Of a stretch of 64,000 nucleotides of DNA, positions 34,752 to 46,787 are shown piece after piece. Below the pieces are notes generated by a model. It was not told the DNA's origin and made no database searches. It saw only the letters and a list, made by a program, of their open reading frames with translations. The DNA is from Monocercomonoides exilis PA203 (Eukaryota > Protista > Preaxostyla): contig LSRY02000008.1 in NCBI GenBank assembly GCA_001643675.2, positions 1,240,001 through 1,304,000 on the forward strand, read 5' to 3'. The position numbers and the translations under genes are program-made. Each line of letters starts with the position of its first letter. Position 1 is the first letter of the stretch.

Positions 34752-36350
34752 TTGAGGTATTTTGTGAAATTTCACCAAGAGGCAAGGGAAAGAGAAGGAG
34801 GCGAAGATGGAAGTGTTTCGACATGCGAATCTCTTATCTCATCTTCAACAGCATTTCTTTCATCGCCTTCTATACCCCTAATATCCCTCTCCAGACTCAC
34901 TTTTTTCAATATCTCAACAGCACTTGATGTATATTCACCTGCAACCACAATGTCAACCCAAACATCATGTTTGATGAATAGTTGCTCCTTTTCGTCTGTT
35001 TGTGATGCATATGATGGCGGGATTGTCCCCTCCATCAACAATCCCTTGGCCTCTCTGACAGCCTCAAACACTTCATTCATTGGGTGTTGTCGGACAAGAA
35101 ACGTTGAATGCACTGGAACTGCAGAGGTACCATTGAAACCAGACAGACAAAACACAACGGATAATGGACAGAATACATTCACTTGGTGCGAATGGAGTGG
35201 ATCGAGGACAACAGGAGAAAGTGACTCGTGGACTGATGGAGTGTCAAGCGGAGGGGCCATCTGCATGTACAATCTCAATTCTGGAGAACTAACAGTTTCG
35301 CATTGTTCATTCAATGACTGCACTGCATACTACCATGGAGGAGCAATCATGTGCCATGCAATCAAGACGATCAAAATGGTGAGCAACGTGTTCAATTTGT
35401 GCACAGCACAAAACTATGGCGGGGGAGGGGTGTATGCTTGCCAAATAAGTTCATGTGCTCTTATCAGTGGGTGCGACTTCCAGATGTGCAAAGCAAGTTA
35501 CGATGGGGGAGGGTTGAGATTGGACAATTTTGGTGTGTCTGGATCAGGGTGCATTGGGGAAGAAGACGGAGAAGGAGGGAGCTCGTGTGTGTTTGAGTGC
35601 AGTTTCACTTCGTGTTCGCTGAATACAAATTGGGGTGGAGGAATGTATTGCAGAACTGTTCCTGCAGCATTCAAAATGAGGAGCATTCAGTTTATTTCAT
35701 GCTCGGCGATGGGATATGGCGGAGGTTTGCTTTTATATCCAAATCAACAAACAGCATCAAAAGATAGAGTTTATTGTTATTTTCTTTTCTTCCACGAATG
35801 CAAATGCTCAGCCAATTCTCCACTTGGCCACGACATTGTATATCTGGATTATTATAATATCATTTTGAATTCAGACAATCCATTTTATGAATGCTACACC
35901 ACAAACACAGACGAGAAGAGAGCATGTTATGGACATGATTATTCGAGTTTAACGGGTTGGACATTACAGGACACGGAAAAGAAGGATTGGCTGAAGATAG
36001 GGATTTTAAACCGATTTGTGGCATCGAGGGGAGGGAGCGCAGAAGAGTTTTGTGGGGCGAATGAATCATATGCATGCAGAACTATTGGTATTGCTGTTGA
36101 AAAGAGTGTGATTCAAGTGAGCCTATCGGTCACACTGATAGAAGGGGATCACGCAAGCGAAGCAACAACGATTGATATTTGGACAAAGAAGATTTCAGTT
36201 ATTGGGAAAGGGAGGACGGAGAGTTCGATTGAAACAGGAGCCCTTTCATCATCTTCTTCTTCCTTCTCATCTTCATCTACTCATTCTTTCTTCTTCCTGC
36301 AATTTTTCCTCAGAAAAAAAGTGATTCAACAGCTTCGGTTCATTTCATAA
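34752..36350 (+). CDS. G4: Cys-rich beta-helix family protein, 532 aa, mosaic, truncated at a poly-Ser tract
   Basis: Family motifs; 34942-35274 appears identical to G2 22672-23004; ends ETGALSSSSSSFSSSS then diverges. Confidence 0.78.
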   Translation: MRYFVKFHQEAREREGGEDGSVSTCESLISSSTAFLSSPSIPLISLSRLTFFNISTALDVYSPATTMSTQTSCLMNSCSFSSVCDAYDGGIVPSINNPLASLTASNTSFIGCCRTRNVECTGTAEVPLKPDRQNTTDNGQNTFTWCEWSGSRTTGESDSWTDGVSSGGAICMYNLNSGELTVSHCSFNDCTAYYHGGAIMCHAIKTIKMVSNVFNLCTAQNYGGGGVYACQISSCALISGCDFQMCKASYDGGGLRLDNFGVSGSGCIGEEDGEGGSSCVFECSFTSCSLNTNWGGGMYCRTVPAAFKMRSIQFISCSAMGYGGGLLLYPNQQTASKDRVYCYFLFFHECKCSANSPLGHDIVYLDYYNIILNSDNPFYECYTTNTDEKRACYGHDYSSLTGWTLQDTEKKDWLKIGILNRFVASRGGSAEEFCGANESYACRTIGIAVEKSVIQVSLSVTLIEGDHASEATTIDIWTKKISVIGKGRTESSIETGALSSSSSSFSSSSTHSFFFLQFFLRKKVIQQLRFIS

Positions 36351-36875
36351 CAATTTTAAATCTTCAAGAATCTTATTTTCAATATCCCTTCTCTTGGTAT
36401 TTTTTCCGAGCAGACATTTGAGATAGCGAAGAAGTGAAAGAAGAAAGGTGGGGGAAGAGCATTTGTTGGTGCAGCGAATTGTGAAGGTTGAGTCAAACGT
36501 TCAATAATCATCAACTTTTTCATCATAATTTTTTCATCATAACCATATTATATTTACGAAGTTGGAGCCATTGCAAGAATATTGAATGCTAATGTTTCAA
36601 TGCCAATGCGTGGATATGGAATGAGGAAAGATGGCTTTTGAAGAGAATCTGGATTGGAAAAAAGGCAGGCGATTGCAACAGCCAAAAAGGAATGTGGGGA
36701 AAAACAGAAGACAAACAGCATTGGAGATCCGTTTGCATTTTGTGGAACTGAAGGAAAAAGATACTTTTCTTTTGGAAATATGCATTTCAGAAGCAGGAGA
36801 AGAGGAAGGAAAAGGGAGCTCAGGCTCATTTGAATCTTGATGAATATCTCGTAGAGAGGCATGGTAGGCATATGA

Positions 36876-38507
36876 CAAATAATTGAAGGAAAAAGAATCG
36901 CTTCAGCGTGCGAATCTCACTTCTTCTCTTTTTGTGTCTCATCAGCCCCATTCCTCTCATCCCCTTCAATACCCCTTATATCCCTCTCCAGACTCACTTT
37001 TTTCAACATCTCAACAGCAAATGAGGCATGTTCACCTTCAACCACTTCCTCATCTCAAACCTCATGTATGATATACAGCTGCTCCTTTTCATCAGTTTGC
37101 AACGCATATGATGGCGGAATTGTCCCCTCACTCAACAACCCCTTTGCATCTCTGGCTGTTTCAAACACCTCGTTTGTTGGATGTTGTCGGACAAGGAATG
37201 TTGAATGTGGAGGAACTGCAGATAATATTATAAAGCCAGATAGACAGAATGAAACATTCAATGGAGCAAATTCATTTATTTGGTGTGAGTGGAACGGATC
37301 GAGGACGACCGGAACAGAAAATACATGGGAAGACGTTGCTTCAAATGGAGGGGCCATCTGCATGCACAGTCAATCAAACGCATCAGTTTCTATTAAGCAC
37401 TGCTCATTCAATGATTGTTATGCCCATTATGATGGAGGGGGAGTTATGTGTGCAAAAATCAAATCTGTTGAAATTGAAAACAACTCATTCAACTCATGCA
37501 CCGCGCAAAATCAATGTGGTGGAGGGATGTGTATTTATGTGATTTCATCATGTGTTCGGATCAGCGGATGTGAATTTCGAAACTGTTCTGCTTATGGCTG
37601 GGGAGGAGGACTTTATCTCGAAAATTTTCAGGTTTCAGAAACAGGATGCATTGAAACAGAAAATGGAGAAGGGGAGAGTGCGTGTGTGTTTGACTGCAGC
37701 TTCACTTCATGTTCAGTTAAAAATTATTATGGCGGAGGCTTCTTTTGCCGATATGTGCCTGAACAATTCAAAATGAGGAGCATTCAGTTCATTTCATGTT
37801 CGGCATTAAAAGAGGGCGGGGGATTTTGGCTTTATCCTGCTCAATCAAAAGTACCAAATGACGCATTTTATTGTTATTTTTTGTTCTTTCATGAATGCAA
37901 CTGCTCATCCAATCCCCCTTATGGGCATGATATGATATATTACGATAATAACAATTTATATTTATCCCAAAATAACCCGTTCAAAGAATGCTACACAACA
38001 AACACAGATGACCAGAGGGTGTGCTACGGATATGATTATTCGAGTTCAAAAAGTTGGAAATTTCAGTACACAGAAAAGAAGGATTGGCTGAACGAATGGT
38101 CGAAGATTCTGTTTGTGGGGGTAAATGGAAGCGACTCGAGTGGGCTGTGTGGAATGGGCGAGTCGGCACCTTGTAAGACGCTGAGACATGCAGTGGAGAC
38201 GGGTTTGGAAGAGCTGAGCTCATCAATCACGCTGATGAAAGGGAATCACACAAGCGAAGCAACAACGATTGATATTTGGACAAAGAAGATTTCAGTTATT
38301 GGGAAAGGGAGGACGGAGAGTTCGATTAGAACAGGAGCACTTTCATCGATAAGAACGCTATTCAGTGTTTCGACAGGTCATCTGGGGATGAGAAAGCTGA
38401 AGATTGATTGTAACTCAACAGAAGGAACTTCACCGAGTATGGTTGTAGTGTCTTATAGAAGTGGAACACTTTCACTTGTGTCAAGAAGCGAGTTGGGCAA
38501 ATTATAA
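36876..38507 (+). CDS. G5: Cys-rich beta-helix family protein (first ATG 37068, 479 aa; family homology in frame from 36876), truncated
   Basis: The frame is open from a TGA at 36873-36875 through CESHFFSFCVSSAPFLSSPSIP... into the 37068 ORF. Confidence 0.78.
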   Translation, partial: QIIEGKRIASACESHFFSFCVSSAPFLSSPSIPLISLSRLTFFNISTANEACSPSTTSSSQTSCMIYSCSFSSVCNAYDGGIVPSLNNPFASLAVSNTSFVGCCRTRNVECGGTADNIIKPDRQNETFNGANSFIWCEWNGSRTTGTENTWEDVASNGGAICMHSQSNASVSIKHCSFNDCYAHYDGGGVMCAKIKSVEIENNSFNSCTAQNQCGGGMCIYVISSCVRISGCEFRNCSAYGWGGGLYLENFQVSETGCIETENGEGESACVFDCSFTSCSVKNYYGGGFFCRYVPEQFKMRSIQFISCSALKEGGGFWLYPAQSKVPNDAFYCYFLFFHECNCSSNPPYGHDMIYYDNNNLYLSQNNPFKECYTTNTDDQRVCYGYDYSSSKSWKFQYTEKKDWLNEWSKILFVGVNGSDSSGLCGMGESAPCKTLRHAVETGLEELSSSITLMKGNHTSEATTIDIWTKKISVIGKGRTESSIRTGALSSIRTLFSVSTGHLGMRKLKIDCNSTEGTSPSMVVVSYRSGTLSLVSRSELGKL

Positions 38508-41500
38508 ATGGAGAAATATTTATTTATTTTATTAAAATTTCTTTTTGCTCGTTAAACAAAAAGAAGTGACTTATTTATTTTGTAATAATCAATTTTATAT
38601 GAATTTTATTTTGTTTTTCTCCTGCATATTTAACAAGAAAATAGTTTTTGTTTTCTGTTTTAGTGATTGTGATTGTGATTGAAATTCTATTTTTGTTTTT
38701 GGGATTCTTTCTTTTCTTGATTATGCTCCATTTCCACTTTTTTGTTTCGTGTTGAAAGGCTTTGTGCAGCGGGGGGAAAAAAAATCAAAAATAAAAAGTA
38801 AAACAGAAAGAAAATGTGTTAAAGAGCTCTTTGACATTCAGGCAGAATCAAACATTGGAGATCGAGCTGGCTTGCTCCAGTGATTCCTTTTCAGTGTCCA
38901 TTTGTTGAACACAGAAAATGGTGATGGCTCTTTGTGTGTGAAAACCTGTGGAGCATGAGATGGCAAAGCTCCCAGCTGTGAAAAGACAAAGCTCATTCAA
39001 ATTCGAATGGAGAATGAAAAACGCATCAGCGTTGGCAAAATGGCTTCCAATGTGAAAATGAAGTTTTTGTCTTTGACAACAAAATGGAAAACAATGAACA
39101 AACACATGCAACTTCTAATTAGAGTATATTTTCATTGAGTCCTCAAATATCACTTTGACATTTTTTTTTTTTGTTTGATTTTTTTTTGAAACTTTGAAAA
39201 TCTTTTTCTGTGGTCTTCAATTATTTGTGGTTTGAATTAAAAAAATAAATATTAACTTCTTCATGACAATTATTCACCACATTCTCATCTGTGATTTTTC
39301 GAAAAATTTATAAGTGTGAAAAGAAAATAGTAATAAGTTTTATTATAATTTTGGTCCAAGATCAAAGATTTGCTTGTTTTCCCACTTATTTTTTATATCG
39401 GAGGTTTTGAGATTCAACATAACAACGCATCGTTTCATTTTCATAAACTGGATTTGTTTCTTGACTTTTTCATTGTCATTTCATGATTTACGCAAAATAT
39501 CTGGGAGATTCTTTTTGAAATCATAAACATTCATTTATTTTTGAAGAGTTTGGATCAAATCCTAATTTCGATGTCGCTGACGTTCTTTGTTTTATTTTAT
39601 TTTATTTTATTTTTTTCAAATGAATGTCCATTGTGCTTTTATTTGTGAACAACAACCAAAAATTACATGCAATCATCACTTTGATATTCTTTTTTGAAAT
39701 AACTCGTCCTTTCAAGTTTTTATCTTCATTTTATTTTTCTTCATGAGAATATTGAAAATACTGCAAAAGAACATGATTTTTGTTTTGTGAAGAAAACACC
39801 AAAAATAGTTCACGATGACAATTAATTTATGCAGGTGAAATGATGATTTCTCATATTTACTGTGACAAAGAAAAACAACATGTGAAGAAACACTTATTGT
39901 TATAAAAAGCTGACTGATCGAGAAATATCATTCTCTCACATTTAATATGTTTGAAAATACTGGTTTTGATATTGATGTGCAAGGGCTATTCTTTTTGAAA
40001 AGTCGCAAATGCCCAATATTTGGGCTTGATAAAACTATATAGGAAGTATTATTCCCATGTTGCAATTTATCTTATTTAATCCATGAATCAAACTTGAACA
40101 AAATACCCATTTGTTGAAATAATATTGTAAATATAATAGTGAGAAAACAACAATGTTCAAATGCGAATTGAAAAATTGTTATGTTTTATCAAACCAAAAT
40201 ATTCGGAATTTGCGACTTTTCAAAAAGAATAGCCCTTGCACATCAATATCAAAACCAGTATTTTCAAACATATTAAATGTGAGAGAATGATATTTCTCGA
40301 TCAGTCAGCTTTTTATAACAATAAGTGTTTCTTCACATGTTGTTTTTCTTTGTCACAGTAAATATGAGAAATCATCATTTCACCTGCATAAATTAATTGT
40401 CATCGTGAACTATTTTTGGTGTTTTCTTCACAAAACAAAAATCATGTTCTTTTGCAGTATTTTCAATATTCTTATTAAGGAAAATAAAATGAAGATAAAA
40501 ACTTGAAAGGACGAGTTATTTCAAAAAAGAACATCAAAGTGATGATTGCTTGTAATTTTTGGTTGTTGTTCACAAATAAAAGCACAATGGACATTCATTT
40601 GAAAAAAATAAAATAAAATAAAATAAAACAAAGAACGTCAGCGACATCGAAATTAGGATTTGATCCAAACTCTTCAAAAATAAATGAATGTTTATGATTT
40701 CAAAAAGAATCTCCCAGATATTTTGCGTAAATCATGAAATGACAATGAAAAAGTCAAGAAACAAATCCAGTTTATGAAAATGAAACGATGCGTTGTTATG
40801 TTGAATCTCAAAACCTCCGATATAAAAAATAAGTGGGAAAACAAGCAAATCTTTGATCTTGGACCAAAATTATAATAAAACTTATTACTATTTTCTTTTC
40901 ACACTTATAAATTTTTCGAAAAATCACAGATGAGAATGTGGTGAATAATTGTCATGAAGAAGTTAATATTTATTTTTTTAATTCAAACCACAAATAATTG
41001 AAGACCACAGAAAAAGATTTTCAAAGTTTCAAAAAAAAATCAAACAAAAAAAAAAAATGTCAAAGTGATATTTGAGGACTCAATGAAAATATACTCTAAT
41101 TAGAAGTTGCATGTGTTTGTTCATTGTTTTCCATTTTGTTGTCAAAGACAAAAACTTCATTTTCACATTGGAAACCATTTTGCCAACGCTGATGCGTTTT
41201 TCATTCTCCATTCGAATTTGAATGAGCTTTGTCTTTTCACAGCTGGGAGCTTTGCCATCTCATGCTCCACAGGTTTTCACACACAAAGAGCCATCACCAT
41301 TTTCTGTGTTCAACAAATGGACACTGAAAAGGAATCACTGGAGCAAGCCAGCTCGATCTCCAATGTTTGATTCTGCCTGAATGTCAAAGAGCTCTTTAAC
41401 ACATTTTCTTTCTGTTTTACTTTTTATTTTTGATTTTTTTTCCCCCCGCTGCACAAAGCCTTTCAACACGAAACAAAAAAGTGGAAATGGAGCATAATCA

Positions 41501-42922
41501 AGAAAAGAAAGAATCCCAAAAACAAAAATAGAATTTCAATCACAATCACAATCACTAAAACAGAAAACAAAAACTATTTTCTTGTTAAATATGCAGGAGA
41601 AAAACAAAATAAAATTCATATAAAATTGATTATTACAAAATAAATAAGTCACTTCTTTTTGTTTAACGAGCAAAAAGAAATTTTAATAAAATAAATAAAT
41701 ATTTCTCCATTTATAATTTGCCCAACTCGCTTCTTGACACAAGTGAAAGTGTTCCACTTCTATAAGACACTACAACCATACTCGGTGAAGTTCCTTCTGT
41801 TGAGTTACAATCAATCTTCAGCTTTCTCATCCCCAGATGACCTGTCGAAACACTGAATAGCGTTCTTATCGATGAAAGTGCTCCTGTTCTAATCGAACTC
41901 TCCGTCCTCCCTTTCCCAATAACTGAAATCTTCTTTGTCCAAATATCAATCGTTGTTGCTTCGCTTGTGTGATTCCCTTTCATCAGCGTGATTGATGAGC
42001 TCAGCTCTTCCAAACCCGTCTCCACTGCATGTCTCAGCGTCTTACAAGGTGCCGACTCGCCCATTCCACACAGCCCACTCGAGTCGCTTCCATTTACCCC
42101 CACAAACAGAATCTTCGACCATTCGTTCAGCCAATCCTTCTTTTCTGTGTACTGAAATTTCCAACTTTTTGAACTCGAATAATCATATCCGTAGCACACC
42201 CTCTGGTCATCTGTGTTTGTTGTGTAGCATTCTTTGAACGGGTTATTTTGGGATAAATATAAATTGTTATTATCGTAATATATCATATCATGCCCATAAG
42301 GGGGATTGGATGAGCAGTTGCATTCATGAAAGAACAAAAATAACAATAAAATGCGTCATTTGGTACTTTTGATTGAGCAGGATAAAGCCAAAATCCCCCG
42401 CCCTCTTTTAATGCCGAACATGAAATGAACTGAATGCTCCTCATTTTGAATTGTTCAGGCACATATCGGCAAAAGAAGCCTCCGCCATAATAATTTTTAA
42501 CTGAACATGAAGTGAAGCTGCAGTCAAACACACACGCACTCTCCCCTTCTCCATTTTCTGTTTCAATGCATCCTGTTTCTGAAACCTGAAAATTTTCGAG
42601 ATAAAGTCCTCCTCCCCAGCCATAAGCAGAACAGTTTCGAAATTCACATCCGCTGATCCGAACACATGATGAAATCACATAAATACACATCCCTCCACCA
42701 CATTGATTTTGCGCGGTGCATGAGTTGAATGAGTTGTTTTCAATTTCAACAGATTTGATTTTTGCACACATAACTCCCCCTCCATCATAATGGGCATAAC
42801 AATCATTGAATGAGCAGTGCTTAATAGAAACTGATGCGTTTGATTGACTGTGCATGCAGATGGCCCCTCCATTTGAAGCAACGTCTTCCCATGTATTTTC
42901 TGTTCCGGTCGTCCTCGATCCG
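37295..42922. repeat. Palindrome P2: arms 37295-40010 and 40208-42922 (~2.7 kb), tail-to-tail G5/G6
   Basis: Coordinate sums 80218/80217 (38507+41711; 38848+41370). A few SNPs (IGSHF/IGNHF) and a 1-bp homopolymer indel differ between the arms. Confidence 0.96.
39983..40235. mobile_element. 253-bp MITE-like inverted-repeat element at the exact centre of P2
   Basis: GGGCTATTCTTTTTGAAAAGTCGCAAAT...ATTTGCGACTTTTCAAAAAGAATAGCCC, with a further 21/25 imperfect pairing to 40035/40183. Same length and TIR family as the free element at 60379-60631. Confidence 0.8.
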
Positions 42923-43300
42923 CTCCATTCACACCAAGTGAATGAGTTTGCTCCATTGAATGTTTCGTTCTGCCTCCCTGGCTGTTTCTTATTAGTTTCA
43001 GTTCCAGTGCATTCAACATTTCTTGTCCGACAACACCCAACGAATGAAGTGTTTGAGGCAGTCAGAGAAACCAATGGATTGTTCAGAGAGGGAACAATTC
43101 CGCCATCATATGCATCACACACTGATGAGAAAGGGCAGCTGTTCATCAGGCATGTGGTTTGGGATGACGTAGTGGTTGAAGGTGAATAATCTGAAGATGC
43201 TGTTGAAATATTGAAAAATGTTTATTTGGAGAGTGAAACAAGAGATATGGAATGTGATGAGATAAAATTGGAAAAAAGAAGAAAAGTGTGATTCGCTCAC
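41711..43300 (-). pseudogene. G6: chimeric beta-helix gene (5' part = G9, 3' part = G5), split by a 1-bp deletion at ~42336-42340
   Basis: ORFs 42283-43146 and 41711-42346 overlap out of frame (A5 here vs T6 in G5). The N-terminus matches G9 up to WSGS, then matches G5. Confidence 0.85.
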
Positions 43301-46300
43301 AGAAACTCTTCATTTTCCTATTTCTTCTTCCGCTTCTGAAATGCATATTCCCAAGAGAAAAGCATCTTTTTCCCTTTGTTCCGCTAAATGGAAACGGCAT
43401 TCAAATGTTCTTCGTCATTAACTTTCCTTAAAATCCCCTTTTCTTCTGGGATCAAATTCTGCCTTCTCTCCTCATTCTATTCACTTCCATCGCTTTTGAA
43501 GGCTTATACAAACGTCCCTATTATCAATTGAAAAACATATTTAATATTACAAAAATCTTAAAAATATACAAAAATATTAAATTGCAAAAAATTTCAATAA
43601 TAAATATGAAAAGCCCCGTACCATTTTCTTTTCACCATCTTCCGCTTCTTCTTCTCAATTTTTCTTGAATTTCTTCTTCTGCTGCATCATCAATTCCTTG
43701 ATCTCATTTTTGACTTTTAACAAGATTCATCGTATATGCCTTCCAAAACCTTCAAAAAATATATCTTCTTCTCTTTTCCTTTCATTTATATTTTGCGTCC
43801 GCTCACTCCACCAAACGCCCTCCAATTATTATCTCCAGATTTCTTTTAATGCATCCAACATCCCCTCTTGACATATTCCTTGTTCATTCATTGCCATTGA
43901 GCAATCCTGCAAAAATCCTAATTTCATAAATAATAATATGTGAAGAAAAATTAAAATAATTTTAAAAAAAATGCAAACCTATATCTTTCACAATAACCAC
44001 CTTTTGCTGACTTTTTCTTTCTTCTTCTTCTTCTTTTTAAAATATTAACAAAAGCTCAATCCTCTGTTCTGTTTCCACCCAAATAACCTCCACAAATTCC
44101 ATTCCATAAAAAAACAAGCAATGAAGAAGATTCCATCCAAAGAATCCCTTCCTATCTCTTGCCAAAATCTTCTTCTTCTTCTCTCCATTTCCCCCCAAAA
44201 CAACAACAATACCATCCCACCAAATATCACAATCCCTGTCTCCCCAGCTCCCATTCCCCTTCTTCCAACCAATAAAAATAAATATCTCCATTTCTTTGTA
44301 TGTCTCTGGCGCAAAACATCTTCTCGTGGTCAGCACCTCATCTCGATCCATCCCTGTCACGAATCCATCTCCACACCTCTAATGCAAAGTGCCAGTGCTG
44401 ATGTTCCTTCTTCCCGTCTTCCTCTGCCTCCGCCTCCAACACTTGCCCCGCAAATGAGAGGCGCGACCAAACTGTCCTTTCAATAAAAAATAAAAAAGAT
44501 AAAAAAATATCTCTCACTTTTTTTCCCCTTCAACCCCGCTTCTCTTTCTTATCAAACATAAGCCCACAAAAACTTTTCCACCTTGCTCCGCCTCATATGA
44601 ACTCCTCCTCTCTCTCTGCATTTGAAAATAAAAAAAAATCTCCTCCACATATCTCTCCATTTCTCGTCCTCTCCTCCAATAAATATATTCCATTCGCTTC
44701 ACCCATCTTCTGCCCTTCTTATCTTCCCTCTTATCCCACCTCCAACACATCAAATTCCTTTTCTCAAATAATAAACACAATTCCCACACCTTCCAACTCA
44801 CAAAAATCGAAAAAACAATCCCTCCAAACCTCATCCCAATCCATCTCCCAAACATCCATTTTGCCTCTGAAATATCACAAAAATACCTCTTTTCCACAAA
44901 AAATACCTTTAATCGTTCCATTCCCTCTCTAAACCCTGCCTCCTCCAAGAACTCAACTCCTTCACCCCACACCACAAATCCATCCTTTTACAACCACATT
45001 GTCTTCATATGCCCATTCAGCCACGGCACATCGAGTTGTGCTCCTTTTCTTTTGTGGCTCTTATTCGTTATGGAAAATGATCAAGAAATGTCAAACGCTC
45101 AGAAACTGTCAACGGGGTCAGATTCCGAAGCTAAAACAAAGGCAGATTGACTAAGTGAAATATTTCCAGTGAAAAGGTTGAGTATTACAAAAGAATATCT
45201 GTTTGATGGAAGATGAAATTGTTCATTTTGATTGTTGGAATACTGGGGAGCAACAATATTTTCGATGGAAATGCAGAATTTTCAATGTATGTATTTTATA
45301 TTTTTCTGTTGATTGTGAAGATATTTCTATCCGTATCCTCTCCAAAGTCGTGATTCAGACGATTTATAAAAAATGGACAATCTATTCTTTGCAGAGCAGA
45401 ACAGCGAGGAAGGGAGCCAAATGATACCTTACAAATATATTAGAGCCTGAATGTATTTTGTCATAAATATTTAAGTGACTTATTATAGACTCAGCATGCG
45501 CGATGGATAGAAATTTGATGAAAAATGAATTTTAATGGAGCAGAAATCAACGGGGTCGAAAGACATCCAAGGCCAAAAGGAAGAACAGCCAAATTCAATG
45601 AAAAGGGAACGTTTTTAAAAAGAGGAAGAGGACATTTTCATTTTTAAGTTTGTTGGGGAGATTGGGGCAAATGACTGAAACAGGAGATTAGAGACAGCTG
45701 CAGCAGAACAAGGTGCCTTTCTTGGGATGAGAAGGGCAAGACATTGCTTTTATGGACTGAGGGGAGCGATGGAACTGGATTAGATTACTTGGGTTGAGAG
45801 GCGAAAATACGAGAAAAACGGACAGTTTGGCGTTATACAAGCAGCTGAGGAAAATTACAGGCAAAATGGATTTGAGTCATTTTGCCTTTGTCTTCAGCCT
45901 TATGTCATCGAAGGGTTATCCATTGAATCAGAGAACGAGGCCGTGATGCTGAGAATATCTTCTGACAGAAGGTATATAGTATTCAAACTTGACAATAACA
46001 TCGCATTCACCATCTTCATCATCTTCATCTCTATCATCGCCATCATCGCTGTCATTATCTTCTTCTTCATTAAAAATTTTATTGAAGCATTTTTATTATT
46101 TGTGTATTATTTGAGTGGAATCAGCGCCAAGAATTGGAAAAAAGCAAATTTTTTGAAGCAGAACAGAATCGATTTCATTGATGTTGAGATTGGCAGCGGA
46201 AACAGAAAAGGCGAATTTTGTTGGCAGAAAAGAACAATAATTTGAGAGGCTTTTGAAGAAGAAGAAAGTGTGTGAAGATTGGCAATAAATATATTTCAGA

Positions 46301-46602
46301 GTTTGTTTTGTATTATTTTTTTTCTCCAATTTTTCACATATTTATTTTATATTTTTGAGGGATTAAGATTTATGGAAGGATGTTTTCAGGGAATGAATGA
46401 ACATGGGGAAAAGAGCACATTTGATGCTTTTGAGAAAGCAGGCAACACAATTTTTTTGAGAATATCGAAGAATGAGCCAGAGGTATTAAATGAAATGAAT
46501 GGAAGAGGAGGGCTTTGAAGGTTTATGTTGAATTTTGAAAAAGAAGAAGGGGAATCAACAGAAAAGAATAATCGGAAAATTGAAGAAATGGCTGAAGAAG
46601 AA
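43273..46602 (+). repeat. 3.3-kb inter-gene cassette, copy B
   Basis: Direct repeat of 31134-34464. Confidence 0.95.
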
Positions 46603-46787
46603 TTTTGACAAAAATTCGAGAAGAAGAAGGAGGAGGAGAAAAGGAAGAAGATTGCAAAAAGAAAATGGAACTGGTTTTTCATATTTTGTATTACATTTTA
46701 AATATTTTTTATATTTTTTCTTTATATTTTTAATTGATAATAGGGACTTTTGCATGAATATTCAAAAGCGATGAATGCGAATGGAAT

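Noticed and set aside
42330-42345. Programmed frameshift or phase variation in G6
   Set aside because: A single-base difference in an A5/A6 homopolymer is equally explained by long-read sequencing error; no independent support.
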